DNA of 64,000 nt from Candidatus Bathyarchaeota archaeon. Its GTDB lineage: Archaea; Thermoproteota; Bathyarchaeia; Bathyarchaeales; Bathycorpusculaceae. The stretch lies in assembly GCA_963775465.1 (NCBI GenBank), contig CAVZIW010000008.1, forward strand, positions 82,746-146,745, read 5' to 3'. The translations under genes were made by a program, and so were the position numbers. The first letter of the stretch is position 1; each line of letters starts with the position of its first letter. The notes below the pieces were generated by a model. It saw nothing but the letters and a program-made list of their open reading frames with translations, had not been told where the DNA came from and made no database searches. This document shows, in pieces, positions 9,984-18,872 of the stretch.

Positions 9984-10792
9984 ACGCCATAGCCAGAACA
10001 TTCCAAAAACAAAACCAGCAAGGTAACGCTGTCCTAATCGGCTACATCATGGCAGGAGACCAAACACCGCAGCAAACACCAGAAATAGCTGATGCCCTTA
10101 TCCGAGGAGGCGTAGACATTTTAGAATTAGGACTGCCCTTTTCTGACCCAATCGCTGACGGACCAACAATCCAAGCCGCAAGCATACGCGCTTTAACTTC
10201 AAATACAACCCCGCTGAACGTTTTAATAATTGCCAAACAAATAAAACAGAAACACAACGACGTTCCGATCGTGATCATGACTTACTTCAATCCAGTTTTC
10301 AAAATAGGTCTCAACCTTTTCTGCCAAACAGCCAAAGAAAGCCAAGTTGACGGCTTTATTATTCCTGATTTGCCCGTTGAAGAAGCAGACGAATACAAGA
10401 AAACCGCAGAAACCTACAACATAGACACAATATTTCTAGCTGCCCCATCAACTTCAAACGAAAGATTATCCAAAATCGTTGCAGCATGTTCAGGCTTTCT
10501 GTACCTTATCTCCCATTTTGGCGTGACAGGAACCAAGTCGAACGTTGAAGACTCCACAATTCAACTCATTAAACGGGTTAAACCTTTTACCAACGGAAAA
10601 GTCCCCTTGGCTGTAGGATTTGGAATATCAAAACCCGAACACATCAGACGAATCGTAGCAGCAGGAGCTGATGCAACTATCGTCGGAAGTTCCTTCGTAA
10701 AAATCATCCAAGAAAATACTAAGACTATGCTTAAAGACCTGCAATCAGCCGCCCGCGAATTTAAGGATGCCACTAAGATCATAGATTCTTAA
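9980..10792 (+). CDS. trpA: Tryptophan synthase alpha subunit
   Basis: [21 protein letters not shown] and VGFGIS motifs. Confidence 0.97.
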   Translation: MNAIARTFQKQNQQGNAVLIGYIMAGDQTPQQTPEIADALIRGGVDILELGLPFSDPIADGPTIQAASIRALTSNTTPLNVLIIAKQIKQKHNDVPIVIMTYFNPVFKIGLNLFCQTAKESQVDGFIIPDLPVEEADEYKKTAETYNIDTIFLAAPSTSNERLSKIVAACSGFLYLISHFGVTGTKSNVEDSTIQLIKRVKPFTNGKVPLAVGFGISKPEHIRRIVAAGADATIVGSSFVKIIQENTKTMLKDLQSAAREFKDATKIIDS

Positions 10793-10840
10793 AGTCCCTT
10801 TCAGGGAAAGTATTAATGTCTCCTTAAACCAATAAGTTGC

Positions 10841-11160
10841 GGCGATGGATCTTAAGCGGTGGGTTAGGGGTCCATTGTATCCGTAAATCCTCTACATGAC
10901 GGGCTGACATCTGCGGATGAGGCGTCAAAGGCCGTTTGGATCTTCATTTCCGAAACGTTGAGTATCCGTCCTTTGAGGCTGGCGGTCAACGGGTGGTTTC
11001 CGTAGGGAAACTGCTTCGTTGTTTAGCAGGCGAAACCGGCTAGGCTCGGGAGAGAGCAACCTAAGTTTGGACGTTATGCGCTCAAGGGGGTGCGGGTATG
11101 AGTGTAGGGTTTGGGGTTTCCAGGCGGAGTCTAGGCGTCAAACCGCAGCGGTCCATCGCT
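10841..11160 (+). ncRNA. ffs: Archaeal signal recognition particle (7S) RNA
   Basis: Terminal helix GGCGATGGAT/GTCCATCGCT; helix 6 GGTTTCC-GTAG-GGAAACT; helix 8 TAGG-CTC-GGGA-GAG-AGCA with GNRA loop; ~320 nt GC-rich intergenic segment. Confidence 0.93.
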
Positions 11161-11333
11161 ACTCCAACTCCACACAAAAGCAAAGGTAAAAATGCTATTC
11201 TCGCTGGCAAAACAAAACAGTATTATTCTCGGGAAACACTCTGCAACAGTGAGCACTTAAAACTGCATTTTACATCATGGAAGGGTTGGTAGAACAACAA
11301 CAAGAATTTTTAGGTGTTGTTGTTCTAGCAGAC

Positions 11334-11882
11334 TCACTCTTTTCTATTAGACTCATCAGAAGCCTTTCTATAAAACGCCTTTTCGACTACTCGAACATCC
11401 AAATTATGCTTAGCTGCAGTCTTCCTCAACGCAACAAGAAAACGCACATAGTTCTGAGGTGTATACAACCCCGGCGGTGCATTACCTAACACAGGCTTCC
11501 ACACAGACTTATCAAAGACCCCGTACTGCTTAGGATCAAAGAATGCCAAGATAACGCTAGCAAGCACGGGACTTATGCCCTCAAGCGTCGTCAAACAATT
11601 AATACGGTACATATCATCAGCGCCAGGTAAACTCAAAATCTGACTTGTTATCCGCATAACCTTCTCCTCCGAATTGCGACCAACCAACTCCAAACCACGC
11701 GCCAACTTTTCAGAATCACCTTTAAACTTCCACTCAACAACACCAACCAAATCCTTACAACTAAGAAACTGGTTCTTACGAAACCTTGCACCCAACTCAC
11801 GTTCACGCTGCGCCTGCCAACCAAACGCCTTGTCATACTTGCGGCTCCAAACTAAATAGTCTGATTTATCCACACAATTCAC
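11334..11882 (-). CDS. Hypothetical protein with HhH-GPD glycosylase-like segment
   Basis: LEGISPVLASVILAFFDPKQYGVFD resembles a helix-hairpin-helix followed by an Asp. Confidence 0.6.
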   Translation of the reverse strand: MNCVDKSDYLVWSRKYDKAFGWQAQRERELGARFRKNQFLSCKDLVGVVEWKFKGDSEKLARGLELVGRNSEEKVMRITSQILSLPGADDMYRINCLTTLEGISPVLASVILAFFDPKQYGVFDKSVWKPVLGNAPPGLYTPQNYVRFLVALRKTAAKHNLDVRVVEKAFYRKASDESNRKE

Positions 11883-11960
11883 CCTTAAACCAATACAAAG
11901 TAGACGCTGCAGAATTTCACTATTTCTCTAAAAATACAAAATAAGAAAAGGAAGATGAAG

Positions 11961-12086
11961 TTAGTTTTGATCAACTAAGTGTGCAGTTCCATCTGGGCAG
12001 TAAACTTTTTCGTTTCTTGCCACTCGTCTGTACCGTTCGCTGCACATGTGCAGTAATTCGCATCCGTCGCAATCTCTACTCAGCAT
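11961..12086 (-). CDS. Small Cys-rich putative metal-binding protein (41 aa), below the ORF-track cutoff
   Basis: MLSRDCDGCELLHMCSERYRRVARNEKVYCPDGTAHLVDQN; AAGGAGGCG RBS; upstream TATA-like (TTATAA) and downstream T-tract. Confidence 0.75.
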   Translation of the reverse strand: MLSRDCDGCELLHMCSERYRRVARNEKVYCPDGTAHLVDQN

Positions 12087-12265
12087 TTATTCGCCTCCTT
12101 AGGGCTTTTTACAGAGGTTAGTTTTTATTTATAAGGCTATGTAACATGGATGAATATACATTTTTTCTCCTTTTGAATGTAGAGCATTTTTTATAAGCAG
12201 AGCAGTCAGATGAGCAGGGGGTGGCTGTTTTGGTTTGGCAATCTAATATTGTGTTGCTGTGCGTG

Positions 12266-12403
12266 CTATATCACCTTGTCAGCTGCAGTTTTTAACGCGT
12301 GGCTAACGCGTGAACGGACGTACCCCCTGAATATGATGGGCAGGGTGAGTAGCCCCAGCGCCAATATTGTTGTTGCTAAATCCATTATGCAATTTTCCAC
12401 CAT
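12266..12403 (-). CDS. Possible small single-TM protein (45 aa)
   Basis: MVENCIMDLATTILALGLLTLPIIFRGYVRSRVSHALKTAADKVI: hydrophobic helix followed by basic residues. Confidence 0.35.
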   Translation of the reverse strand: MVENCIMDLATTILALGLLTLPIIFRGYVRSRVSHALKTAADKVI

Positions 12404-12544
12404 GTTTTTTTTGCTCTGAAAGGGGAATGCTATTCGATGGATATAAACGAATTTGAGAAATGTTCATGACAATTAAGAAAAATCAATCAAATATGACGAA
12501 ACAATGAAATTACATCCACCTTCGTAGGTATATTCAGTTAAAAG

Positions 12545-12932
12545 ATGGATAAACATCCAAAAAATCTGCTCGTGCAATCCTTAAATCATAAAGCCACCAT
12601 AAACCTAATCGACAACTATGGGCGATCAAACCAAAAAATTCCATTTCCAAGAAATCAACAAAATCCTCCAATTCCCTGCCGAAGGCAATCAAGGCAAATA
12701 CCTTGGATACAAAATCCAAATCAAAAATCCCCCAACCGAAAACCAACCCGTACAAGACGTAAGCCTTTGCCAATTTCTCGAATCCACTGAAGTTGAACAA
12801 AACTACCCTCACACCGTCGGTTACTACAAAGAATCAAGCGAAGGCGCCAACTTCAACCCCCAATATCTCGAGATACGAAAAATCGCGAATATTGAAGAGT
12901 TCTGGTTATTTCTCAATACCTGCAACCTTTAA
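12545..12932 (+). CDS. Hypothetical protein, probably one gene split by a +1 frameshift at ~12620
   Basis: Removing one G in TATGGGCGA joins MDKHPK..IDNY to GDQTKKFHF..LNTCNL. Confidence 0.55.
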
Positions 12933-13010
12933 AAAGACCCGTTTAAAAAAATGCAGAACAAAAATCTGCACTATCCAATTTTGTTATTCTATCCTTATCA
13001 ACAGTTCAAG

Positions 13011-13328
13011 CTATATCATTGGAGACCTATGAACAATTAAGCTTTCGATAGTTCGAAGCAGTTGATACCCGAAAAGAATCGCTGCGAAGTAGGTCGGCCA
13101 TAAAATCACTGGCCAGTTGCCCGGAGTATAGTTCCATAACCCCGTGGAAACAGCAAAGAATTCCATGAGCGCCAACGATATCATTCCACCTAAAGCCAAC
13201 ATCACTTGCTCTTTTACCTCATGTTTAGCTTTCCAGTTGCGACGCATAACCATTAAAATTGCCCATGCTCCAAGGAATGCAAACAGAAGTATATACCAGC
13301 TTGAATTAAAATCAAAGAATACGTTCAT
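13011..13328 (-). CDS. Small membrane protein (about 3 TM)
   Basis: Hydrophobic ORF; GGTGA RBS; directly downstream of 13344-13994. Confidence 0.7.
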   Translation of the reverse strand: MNVFFDFNSSWYILLFAFLGAWAILMVMRRNWKAKHEVKEQVMLALGGMISLALMEFFAVSTGLWNYTPGNWPVILWPTYFAAILFGYQLLRTIESLIVHRSPMI

Positions 13329-13343
13329 TTTTTCTCACCAAAT

Positions 13344-13994
13344 TTAATGTTTTACTGCTCTTCCTCTACGAGGTCTATGGTTGCCCCAGCATTTTTTGCA
13401 GTAGACAGGTTTATCTGCTTTGGGCTGAAAGGGAACTTCACAGTTCGTACCACATTCACTGCACATAGCGTTGAAAGTTGGAAGTGTGTGGAATTGCTTG
13501 AAGAGTTGGTAATTTTTCAGTCGCGGCCAGCCAGTCTTCGCATACTTGAGCATCTCAGGTTTGTCTTTTAGCCAACGCATCATATGAAAGAAGCTTTTGC
13601 CTCTTTTTTCATCGCGTTCAGCTAGTGGCTCATACCCCAAATTGCGGATCTCATCCAAATAAGCAATTTCTACTAGCTTCTGCGCCTCGCCGTCAACGTG
13701 GACACGCTTAACGCGGGCTTCACCGTAAGTTTTTTGGAGTTCCTCTGCTGCAACATCAAAGATGCAGCCTTGACAAATGTGGATTTCCTCTTTGGGAGTC
13801 AACTTGAACCGTGATACGAGTTTTGACACTACACGGGATGATTCCTGAAGATACTCTTTTTCCCGGAAAATTTCCTGATAAAACCTAACGTCAATAAGGT
13901 CATACTTGAATTCGCCTGTGGGCTCGTGGTAGGCACCGACTACAACTCCGAAAAGCAAATCGCCGCTACCAGCATCGTCAACAATAAGAGTCAC
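13344..13994 (-). CDS. RNase HII-like fold protein fused to a C-terminal CxxC-x17-CxxC zinc ribbon
   Basis: N-terminal IVDDAGSG (cf. RNase HII DEAGRG); C-terminal CSECGTNCEVPFQPKADKPVYCKKC. Confidence 0.65.
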   Translation of the reverse strand: MTLIVDDAGSGDLLFGVVVGAYHEPTGEFKYDLIDVRFYQEIFREKEYLQESSRVVSKLVSRFKLTPKEEIHICQGCIFDVAAEELQKTYGEARVKRVHVDGEAQKLVEIAYLDEIRNLGYEPLAERDEKRGKSFFHMMRWLKDKPEMLKYAKTGWPRLKNYQLFKQFHTLPTFNAMCSECGTNCEVPFQPKADKPVYCKKCWGNHRPRRGRAVKH

Positions 13995-14271
13995 TCAGAT
14001 AGTTCCCTCTCTATTCTCCAACCCAATATTACAGTCAACTATAAAAATCGATTTCTCAAAAAAAGAAAAAACAGGTTAGCAAAAACGAATCCGAAGCTCT
14101 TATTTCAGCCAAATTAATTTCCCTGGGCAGAATTATCTATTGAATTCATCAGTTTTTCAAACTTTCAAATCGGCTGGCATAGAAACAATTGAATCTAAAG
14201 AAGACATTTTATGGATTTGATAATAACCTTGTTTTGAAGTAACGAGAATCTGGTGCATCTGCAAAAATTAG

Positions 14272-14919
14272 TTATCTTATTGAAGCGGTTGCAACTTGTT
14301 TAACAGCTTTAGCGTCGAGCACATTCAAGATTCCATTCTTGCCAAGACGCAGCTGTTTTTCACCTCGGAAAACGCAAACTTGACCATTCCGCAACTCGAT
14401 ATTATCACCAACTGCGATAGATCCAATTTGCCCCTCCCAAAGACACAATTTCATTTTTCCCGTTTCATCCCCAACTACAGCATTAACAACCATAACATTA
14501 TTACCAAATTGTGTGTGAACCTGTGCTGGTTTTGGTACTTCAAGAACCTCAGCTTTCAAATTTACTTTTTTCATGCCTGCTCTTAGGTCCCGAATCACCG
14601 AATAGATTGATTCATTGTTTTGTTTGGCAATTTTCTTCTTTATTTTATCGGTGCTCATCCAGCTTTCAAACGGATTATCTTTCCTTAAAAGGAACTCGTC
14701 ATCTACACGGAATTGAGCGACTACATCACTATTCTTCGTAATTAGAAAAATGGTTTCGCCCTTAATTTGTCCACGAAATTCAACGGTGAGGTTGCCACAT
14801 ACGGCTTTCTCATTTTTCCTTGCAGCAACTAACGCTTGGAACATTTCGTTAGGGTAAATACTGTATTTGACTGAAAGCAAAGCTAAATGTTCGCCTAAAG
14901 TTGATTTTTTCTGTCGCAA
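14272..14919 (-). CDS. OB-fold single-stranded nucleic-acid binding protein (SSB/RPA-like) with N-terminal extra domain
   Basis: IRDLRAGMKKVNLKAEVLE...GDETGKMKLCLW...GEKQLRLGK, typical of archaeal SSB OB folds. Confidence 0.8.
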   Translation of the reverse strand: MRQKKSTLGEHLALLSVKYSIYPNEMFQALVAARKNEKAVCGNLTVEFRGQIKGETIFLITKNSDVVAQFRVDDEFLLRKDNPFESWMSTDKIKKKIAKQNNESIYSVIRDLRAGMKKVNLKAEVLEVPKPAQVHTQFGNNVMVVNAVVGDETGKMKLCLWEGQIGSIAVGDNIELRNGQVCVFRGEKQLRLGKNGILNVLDAKAVKQVATASIR

Positions 14920-15191
14920 ATTCCTCTCTCTATCCTTTAAAGTTGCCGAGAAAAAGCAAAACCTGACTTGCTAATTTTCTCAATCGGTTCAACTATGTCT
15001 GGCTACCTATATTAGTTTGACTATGGATCTTTTGAAGTTAATATCCCCTTCGTAAATTCATAAATCGAAGTTTACATGTTTGTTTGTCACCTTGCGAGCA
15101 TTCAATTTATAAGTATGTATGATGTGATAGGTGTAATGTGTAAAAAGCAACTTTTTTACACATCCAATATAGTAGGAGTTGAAAATAGAAA

Positions 15192-15335
15192 ATGTCATAC
15201 GGTAACAGAGAGATGCACAAGGCAACCTGCGCTGACTGCGGAAAAGAATGTGATGTTCCTTTCAAGCCAGACGGCACAAGGCCAGTTTACTGCCGAGAAT
15301 GCTACTCTAAACGAAGACCACCAAGAAGATACTAA
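15192..15335 (+). CDS. Small CxxC-x17-CxxC zinc-ribbon protein (47 aa), missed by the ORF track
   Basis: MSYGNREMHKATCADCGKECDVPFKPDGTRPVYCRECYSKRRPPRRY; AGGAG upstream; T-tract downstream. Confidence 0.9.
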   Translation: MSYGNREMHKATCADCGKECDVPFKPDGTRPVYCRECYSKRRPPRRY

Positions 15336-15369
15336 GCTAGCAGCTAAGCATCTTTCTAACTAGTCTAAA

Positions 15370-15388
15370 ATTTTCTTTTTTATTTTTA
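15370..15388 (+). terminator. Oligo-T archaeal terminator after the small zinc-ribbon gene
   Basis: TTTTCTTTTTTATTTTT tract about 35 nt after the stop. Confidence 0.55.
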
Positions 15389-15498
15389 TAATTTTCATCC
15401 ACCCAACAATTTGTTTAAGTCGCTTTCATTTGACCCCCTCATAGCAACTATAAATTCTTATAATCCGCAAAACAAATAACTGAGCGGAGCCTTCAAAA

Positions 15499-16275
15499 TT
15501 GAAGCAATTTCTGATAACACCCGCAGCGGGTAAACGTTTAATCGCCAAGACAATCGCAAACCACCCATCCATCCGGAAAGCCATCAGAAACAACAGCGTT
15601 GTGATCGTGGCTGGAACAACAAACGGTTATGTGGCAGAAGAAATTTTAAAAACATACAAAATAGCAGACGACTTTTCAAGAAAACATTTCTTCCGCGGAT
15701 TAACTATGCCATCTACGCTGAAAGTTTCTGCTGAAGGCAGATTAAAAGATGAAAGCCAGTTTCCAGGTGACGTTGTCATTGTTAAGGGCGTTTGGGAAAG
15801 AGACAAATCGATAAATGATGTAATCGATGTTCTCAAGGAAGGAGACATCATTCTAAAAGGTGCAAACGCTTTAAACTTGGCTCGTCGCCAGGCTGCAATT
15901 TTGATAGGTCACCCAAAAGCTGGAACTATCGGCCTAGCTCTGCCTGCAGTTGTAGGACGTCGCGTCAGGCTTATTTTGCCTGTTGGGTTGGAAAAACGGG
16001 TAGATTGCGATTTAAATGCTTTAGCTACTAAACTTAATATTCCCGGAGAGGGAGGATACCGTTTGCTACCTGTGCCCGGTGAAATTTTCACCGAGATTGA
16101 CGCTTTGACAGCGCTAACAGCTGCACACGTCGAGTTAATTGCAGCAGGCGGAGTCTGTGGAGCGGAAGGCGGCTGTTGGATTGCTGTTACAGGTGAGCCT
16201 GAACAGGAAGCTTTCGCCGAGCAAGTTCTTATCTCCTTAGCGGATGAACCTCCCTTTACCGAAGAATACCTTTAA
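15499..16275 (+). CDS. Conserved hypothetical protein (alpha/beta fold)
   Basis: 258-aa ORF with [29 protein letters not shown] and [10 protein letters not shown] segments; TTG start with GGAG RBS. Confidence 0.8.
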   Translation: MKQFLITPAAGKRLIAKTIANHPSIRKAIRNNSVVIVAGTTNGYVAEEILKTYKIADDFSRKHFFRGLTMPSTLKVSAEGRLKDESQFPGDVVIVKGVWERDKSINDVIDVLKEGDIILKGANALNLARRQAAILIGHPKAGTIGLALPAVVGRRVRLILPVGLEKRVDCDLNALATKLNIPGEGGYRLLPVPGEIFTEIDALTALTAAHVELIAAGGVCGAEGGCWIAVTGEPEQEAFAEQVLISLADEPPFTEEYL

Positions 16276-16556
16276 GCTATTTCTAGATAAGCTGCTCCTC
16301 AAGACTGCAAATCTTCTAATTTCCTCTCTCCTCCATTCGGGACTTTTGCCAAAAAAGCTGCATAAAAACGCGGTCAAACTCGACGTCGCCTAAAATTTCC
16401 TTTTGAAGTTATTATCACCTGTTTCCATAAATCTAATTCCTCAAAGTCAAATAAAAAAGATCTAATAAGCAATCTATGGATCAATTTTCTATCGTTTCAA
16501 ACCTTAAATGGATAAGAGAACACACCAGCAGGTCCTAAAAAATTTAAAATCAATGC

Positions 16557-16603
16557 TTAGTCAAGAAACTTTGACTTAAGTTAGTCAAGAAAACTTGACA
16601 AAA
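16557..16603. promoter_or_regulatory. Tandem palindromic operator, two copies of TTAGTCAAG-N4-(C/T)TTGAC with 24-bp period
   Basis: TTAGTCAAGAAACTTTGACTTAA-G-TTAGTCAAGAAAACTTGACAAAA, immediately upstream of BRE/TATA-like AAACCCTTAAT. Confidence 0.75.
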
Positions 16604-16638
16604 ACCCTTAATTTGAAAGAATCAACCCATCTTTAAAC

Positions 16639-16788
16639 ATGACAAAAACTGCAAATGGTTTGATACTGCGTATTGCTATTTTGTTGGTTTCAAGTTTCAG
16701 TTCAATAGCTATTGTCTCGTGTATTTTCGTAAGCTTTATAAGATTTTGGTTGGATAATCCATCCATTAAATGGACTGAAAGAATATGA
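16639..16788 (+). CDS. Possible 49-aa hydrophobic leader ORF overlapping the btuF start (ATGA)
   Basis: MTKTANGLILRIAILLVSSFSSIAIVSCIFVSFIRFWLDNPSIKWTERI*; ATG about 30 nt after a TATA-like box. Confidence 0.4.
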   Translation: MTKTANGLILRIAILLVSSFSSIAIVSCIFVSFIRFWLDNPSIKWTERI

Positions 16789-17756
16789 AAAAAAGTTTGC
16801 TATCAATAATAGCGATAATAGTAATAGCAACCATCCTGATAGCTGCCTTTATATACCTCAACTATACCTCCCCAAACAGTTCAAACAATACCAATCTCTC
16901 AGTTGTCGACGATGAAGGATATACTACCACTTTCTCCTCGATTCCGCAAAGAATTATTTCTCTTGCCCCAAGCAACACCCAAATCCTCTTTGCCATAGGC
17001 TTAGATGACAAAGTTGTGGGAATAACCGATTATGACCATTATCCTTACAACTTTACTGCTTGGATAGAAGCTGGAAACATTACCAGTATCGGGGGTTTCT
17101 CTACACCTAACAAAGAAACCATCGCCTCGTTAAAACCAGATTTGATTTTGGCTACGCCTATTAATGATCCGGATGTTGTGACTTTGCGGGATTTAGGTTA
17201 CAAGGTTTTGGTTTTGAACCCTAATGATGTTGATGGTGTGTTAGGTGATATTTCTATGGTGGGTAAAGCTGCTGGTGTGGATCAGAATGCAGCAACGCTT
17301 GTGGATTCTTTAACTAGCCAGATTGACGCTATTGAAGCAAAAATTGCTTCTGCTGATTTGCCTAAGCCTAAGGTTTACTATGAGGTGTGGACTCCTCCTT
17401 TGATGTCTGCTGGTAATGGCTCGTTTATTAATGATGTGATTTTGAAGGCTGGTGGGGTTAACATTTTTGGCGGTGAAAGTCAGCAGTATCCTGCGGTTAG
17501 TTCTGAAACGGTGGTGCAGAGTGATCCTGATGTTATTATGTTGCCTTCTGAGATGGCTAATACTGGGGAGGCGCCTTTCTATGGGAGTGTGGCTGATGTT
17601 AAGGCTAGGCCGGGTTGGAGTTCGATTAGTGCGGTGGAGAATGATCGGGTGATAGTTGTTAGTGGGGATTTGTTTGCTGAGGCAGGGCCAAGAATTGCGG
17701 AGCAGATTGCGGTGGCAGCTGAAGCGTTTTACCCAGAACTCTTTAATTCAACCTAA
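16785..17756 (+). CDS. btuF: Cobalamin/corrinoid ABC transporter substrate-binding protein
   Basis: N-terminal TM anchor; PQRIISLAPSNTQILFAIG, YYEVWTPPLMSAG and AGGVNIF motifs. Confidence 0.85.
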   Translation: MKKSLLSIIAIIVIATILIAAFIYLNYTSPNSSNNTNLSVVDDEGYTTTFSSIPQRIISLAPSNTQILFAIGLDDKVVGITDYDHYPYNFTAWIEAGNITSIGGFSTPNKETIASLKPDLILATPINDPDVVTLRDLGYKVLVLNPNDVDGVLGDISMVGKAAGVDQNAATLVDSLTSQIDAIEAKIASADLPKPKVYYEVWTPPLMSAGNGSFINDVILKAGGVNIFGGESQQYPAVSSETVVQSDPDVIMLPSEMANTGEAPFYGSVADVKARPGWSSISAVENDRVIVVSGDLFAEAGPRIAEQIAVAAEAFYPELFNST

Positions 17757-17776
17757 CCCTTTTTTTGTGTTTACAA

Positions 17777-18859
17777 ATGTCAGTTGATGAAGTCCAAAAA
17801 AAATATTCAAAACGACCGTATAGATGGAAACTCATACTACTAACCTTAGTAGCCGCATTAGTCCTTTTTATTATACTTTGTTTGAACGTTGGGTTTGCTC
17901 CCATTAGTTTCTCAGACATAATGACTATTATAGGCAAACAAGTGCCCTTTCTCAATCAATACATAAACCCATCATCTGTTTCCGTTGTTAATGAAGCCAT
18001 AATCCTGCAAATACGATTGCCACGTATTTTAGCGGGAGCAATAGTCGGCGCAGGATTAGCCGCAGCAGGAGTAATGTATCAAGGTATATTTAGAAACCCA
18101 ATGGCCGACTCTTACCTGCTTGGTGCGTCAGCAGGCGCCTCTTTTGGCTACACGTTAGCTGTCTTATACGGTGGAACTCTAGCCGCTAACATTTTAGGGA
18201 TGGGACTATTCCAAATAGTTGCTTTTTTGGGAGCGGTACTTACCGTATTTCTTGTTTACTTCATGTCACGAGTTGGAAACAAAGTTCCCATAACAACGCT
18301 CTTGCTTTCAGGCATAGTTGTTAACATTTTCATCTTGTCTCTACAAACAGTATTCGAGCTACGTTCTGGACAAGCATTAATGGGAATTGTAGCTTGGATC
18401 GCCGGAGGATTTACCAACATAACTTGGACTAGCATATACACGGTTTTCCCAGTTGTATTGATTGGGACGGTTCTTGCATATTTCTTCACCAAAGACCTCA
18501 ACTTGCTATCGATGGGCGACGACACTGCCCAACATCTAGGAGTGAATACAGAAAGAGTGCGCCAGATTCTTCTGCTGCTGAGTTCTTTAGTTACCGCCGC
18601 AGTAGTGTCAATTAGCGGGATAATAGGGTTTGTAGGACTTATCATTCCTCACATGACTCGGCTTATTATAGGACCAGACCATCGCATTCTTCTACCCACA
18701 TCTGCAATCGTCGGAGCTATATTTTTAATACTATGTGACTCTTTAGCAAGGGTTGCTACAGGAGCCTCTGAGCTTCCAGTGGGCGTTATAACAGCTTTGG
18801 CGGGAACACCCTTCTTCATCTACCTGCTTAGAAAACGAAAAACTAGCTATTCATTATAA
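17777..18859 (+). CDS. btuC: FecCD/BtuC family ABC permease
   Basis: IRLPRILAG, QGIFRNPMAD, IGFVGLIIPH and ELPVGVITALAG motifs. Confidence 0.9.
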   Translation: MSVDEVQKKYSKRPYRWKLILLTLVAALVLFIILCLNVGFAPISFSDIMTIIGKQVPFLNQYINPSSVSVVNEAIILQIRLPRILAGAIVGAGLAAAGVMYQGIFRNPMADSYLLGASAGASFGYTLAVLYGGTLAANILGMGLFQIVAFLGAVLTVFLVYFMSRVGNKVPITTLLLSGIVVNIFILSLQTVFELRSGQALMGIVAWIAGGFTNITWTSIYTVFPVVLIGTVLAYFFTKDLNLLSMGDDTAQHLGVNTERVRQILLLLSSLVTAAVVSISGIIGFVGLIIPHMTRLIIGPDHRILLPTSAIVGAIFLILCDSLARVATGASELPVGVITALAGTPFFIYLLRKRKTSYSL

Positions 18860-18872
18860 TGGAGAAAAAAAC

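Noticed and set aside
10841-11160. RNase P RNA, or a permuted/BHB-processed SRP RNA
   Set aside because: No RNase P P4 (GAGGAAAGTCC) motif; helices 6 and 8 identify SRP in normal order; the flanking extra pairing (AGTTG/CAACT) is not a canonical bulge-helix-bulge
11098-11489. Short + strand ORFs (64 and 70 aa)
   Set aside because: They overlap the SRP RNA or the antisense gene and show no protein-like motifs
15076-15363. 95-aa ORF from the ORF track
   Set aside because: Shadow of the real 47-aa zinc-ribbon gene in another frame (15192-15335)
16290-16430. Possible small minus-strand gene (METGDNNFK...)
   Set aside because: Stops after 12 codons and would need an assumed frameshift; no supporting motif
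16557-16603. Mini-CRISPR array or IS terminal repeats
   Set aside because: Only two adjacent copies with no spacer, and no cas or transposase genes; better explained as an operator
16280-16780. Cobalamin riboswitch upstream of btuF
   Set aside because: AT-rich, with no B12-box or GGGAA/GCCACTG core elements visible
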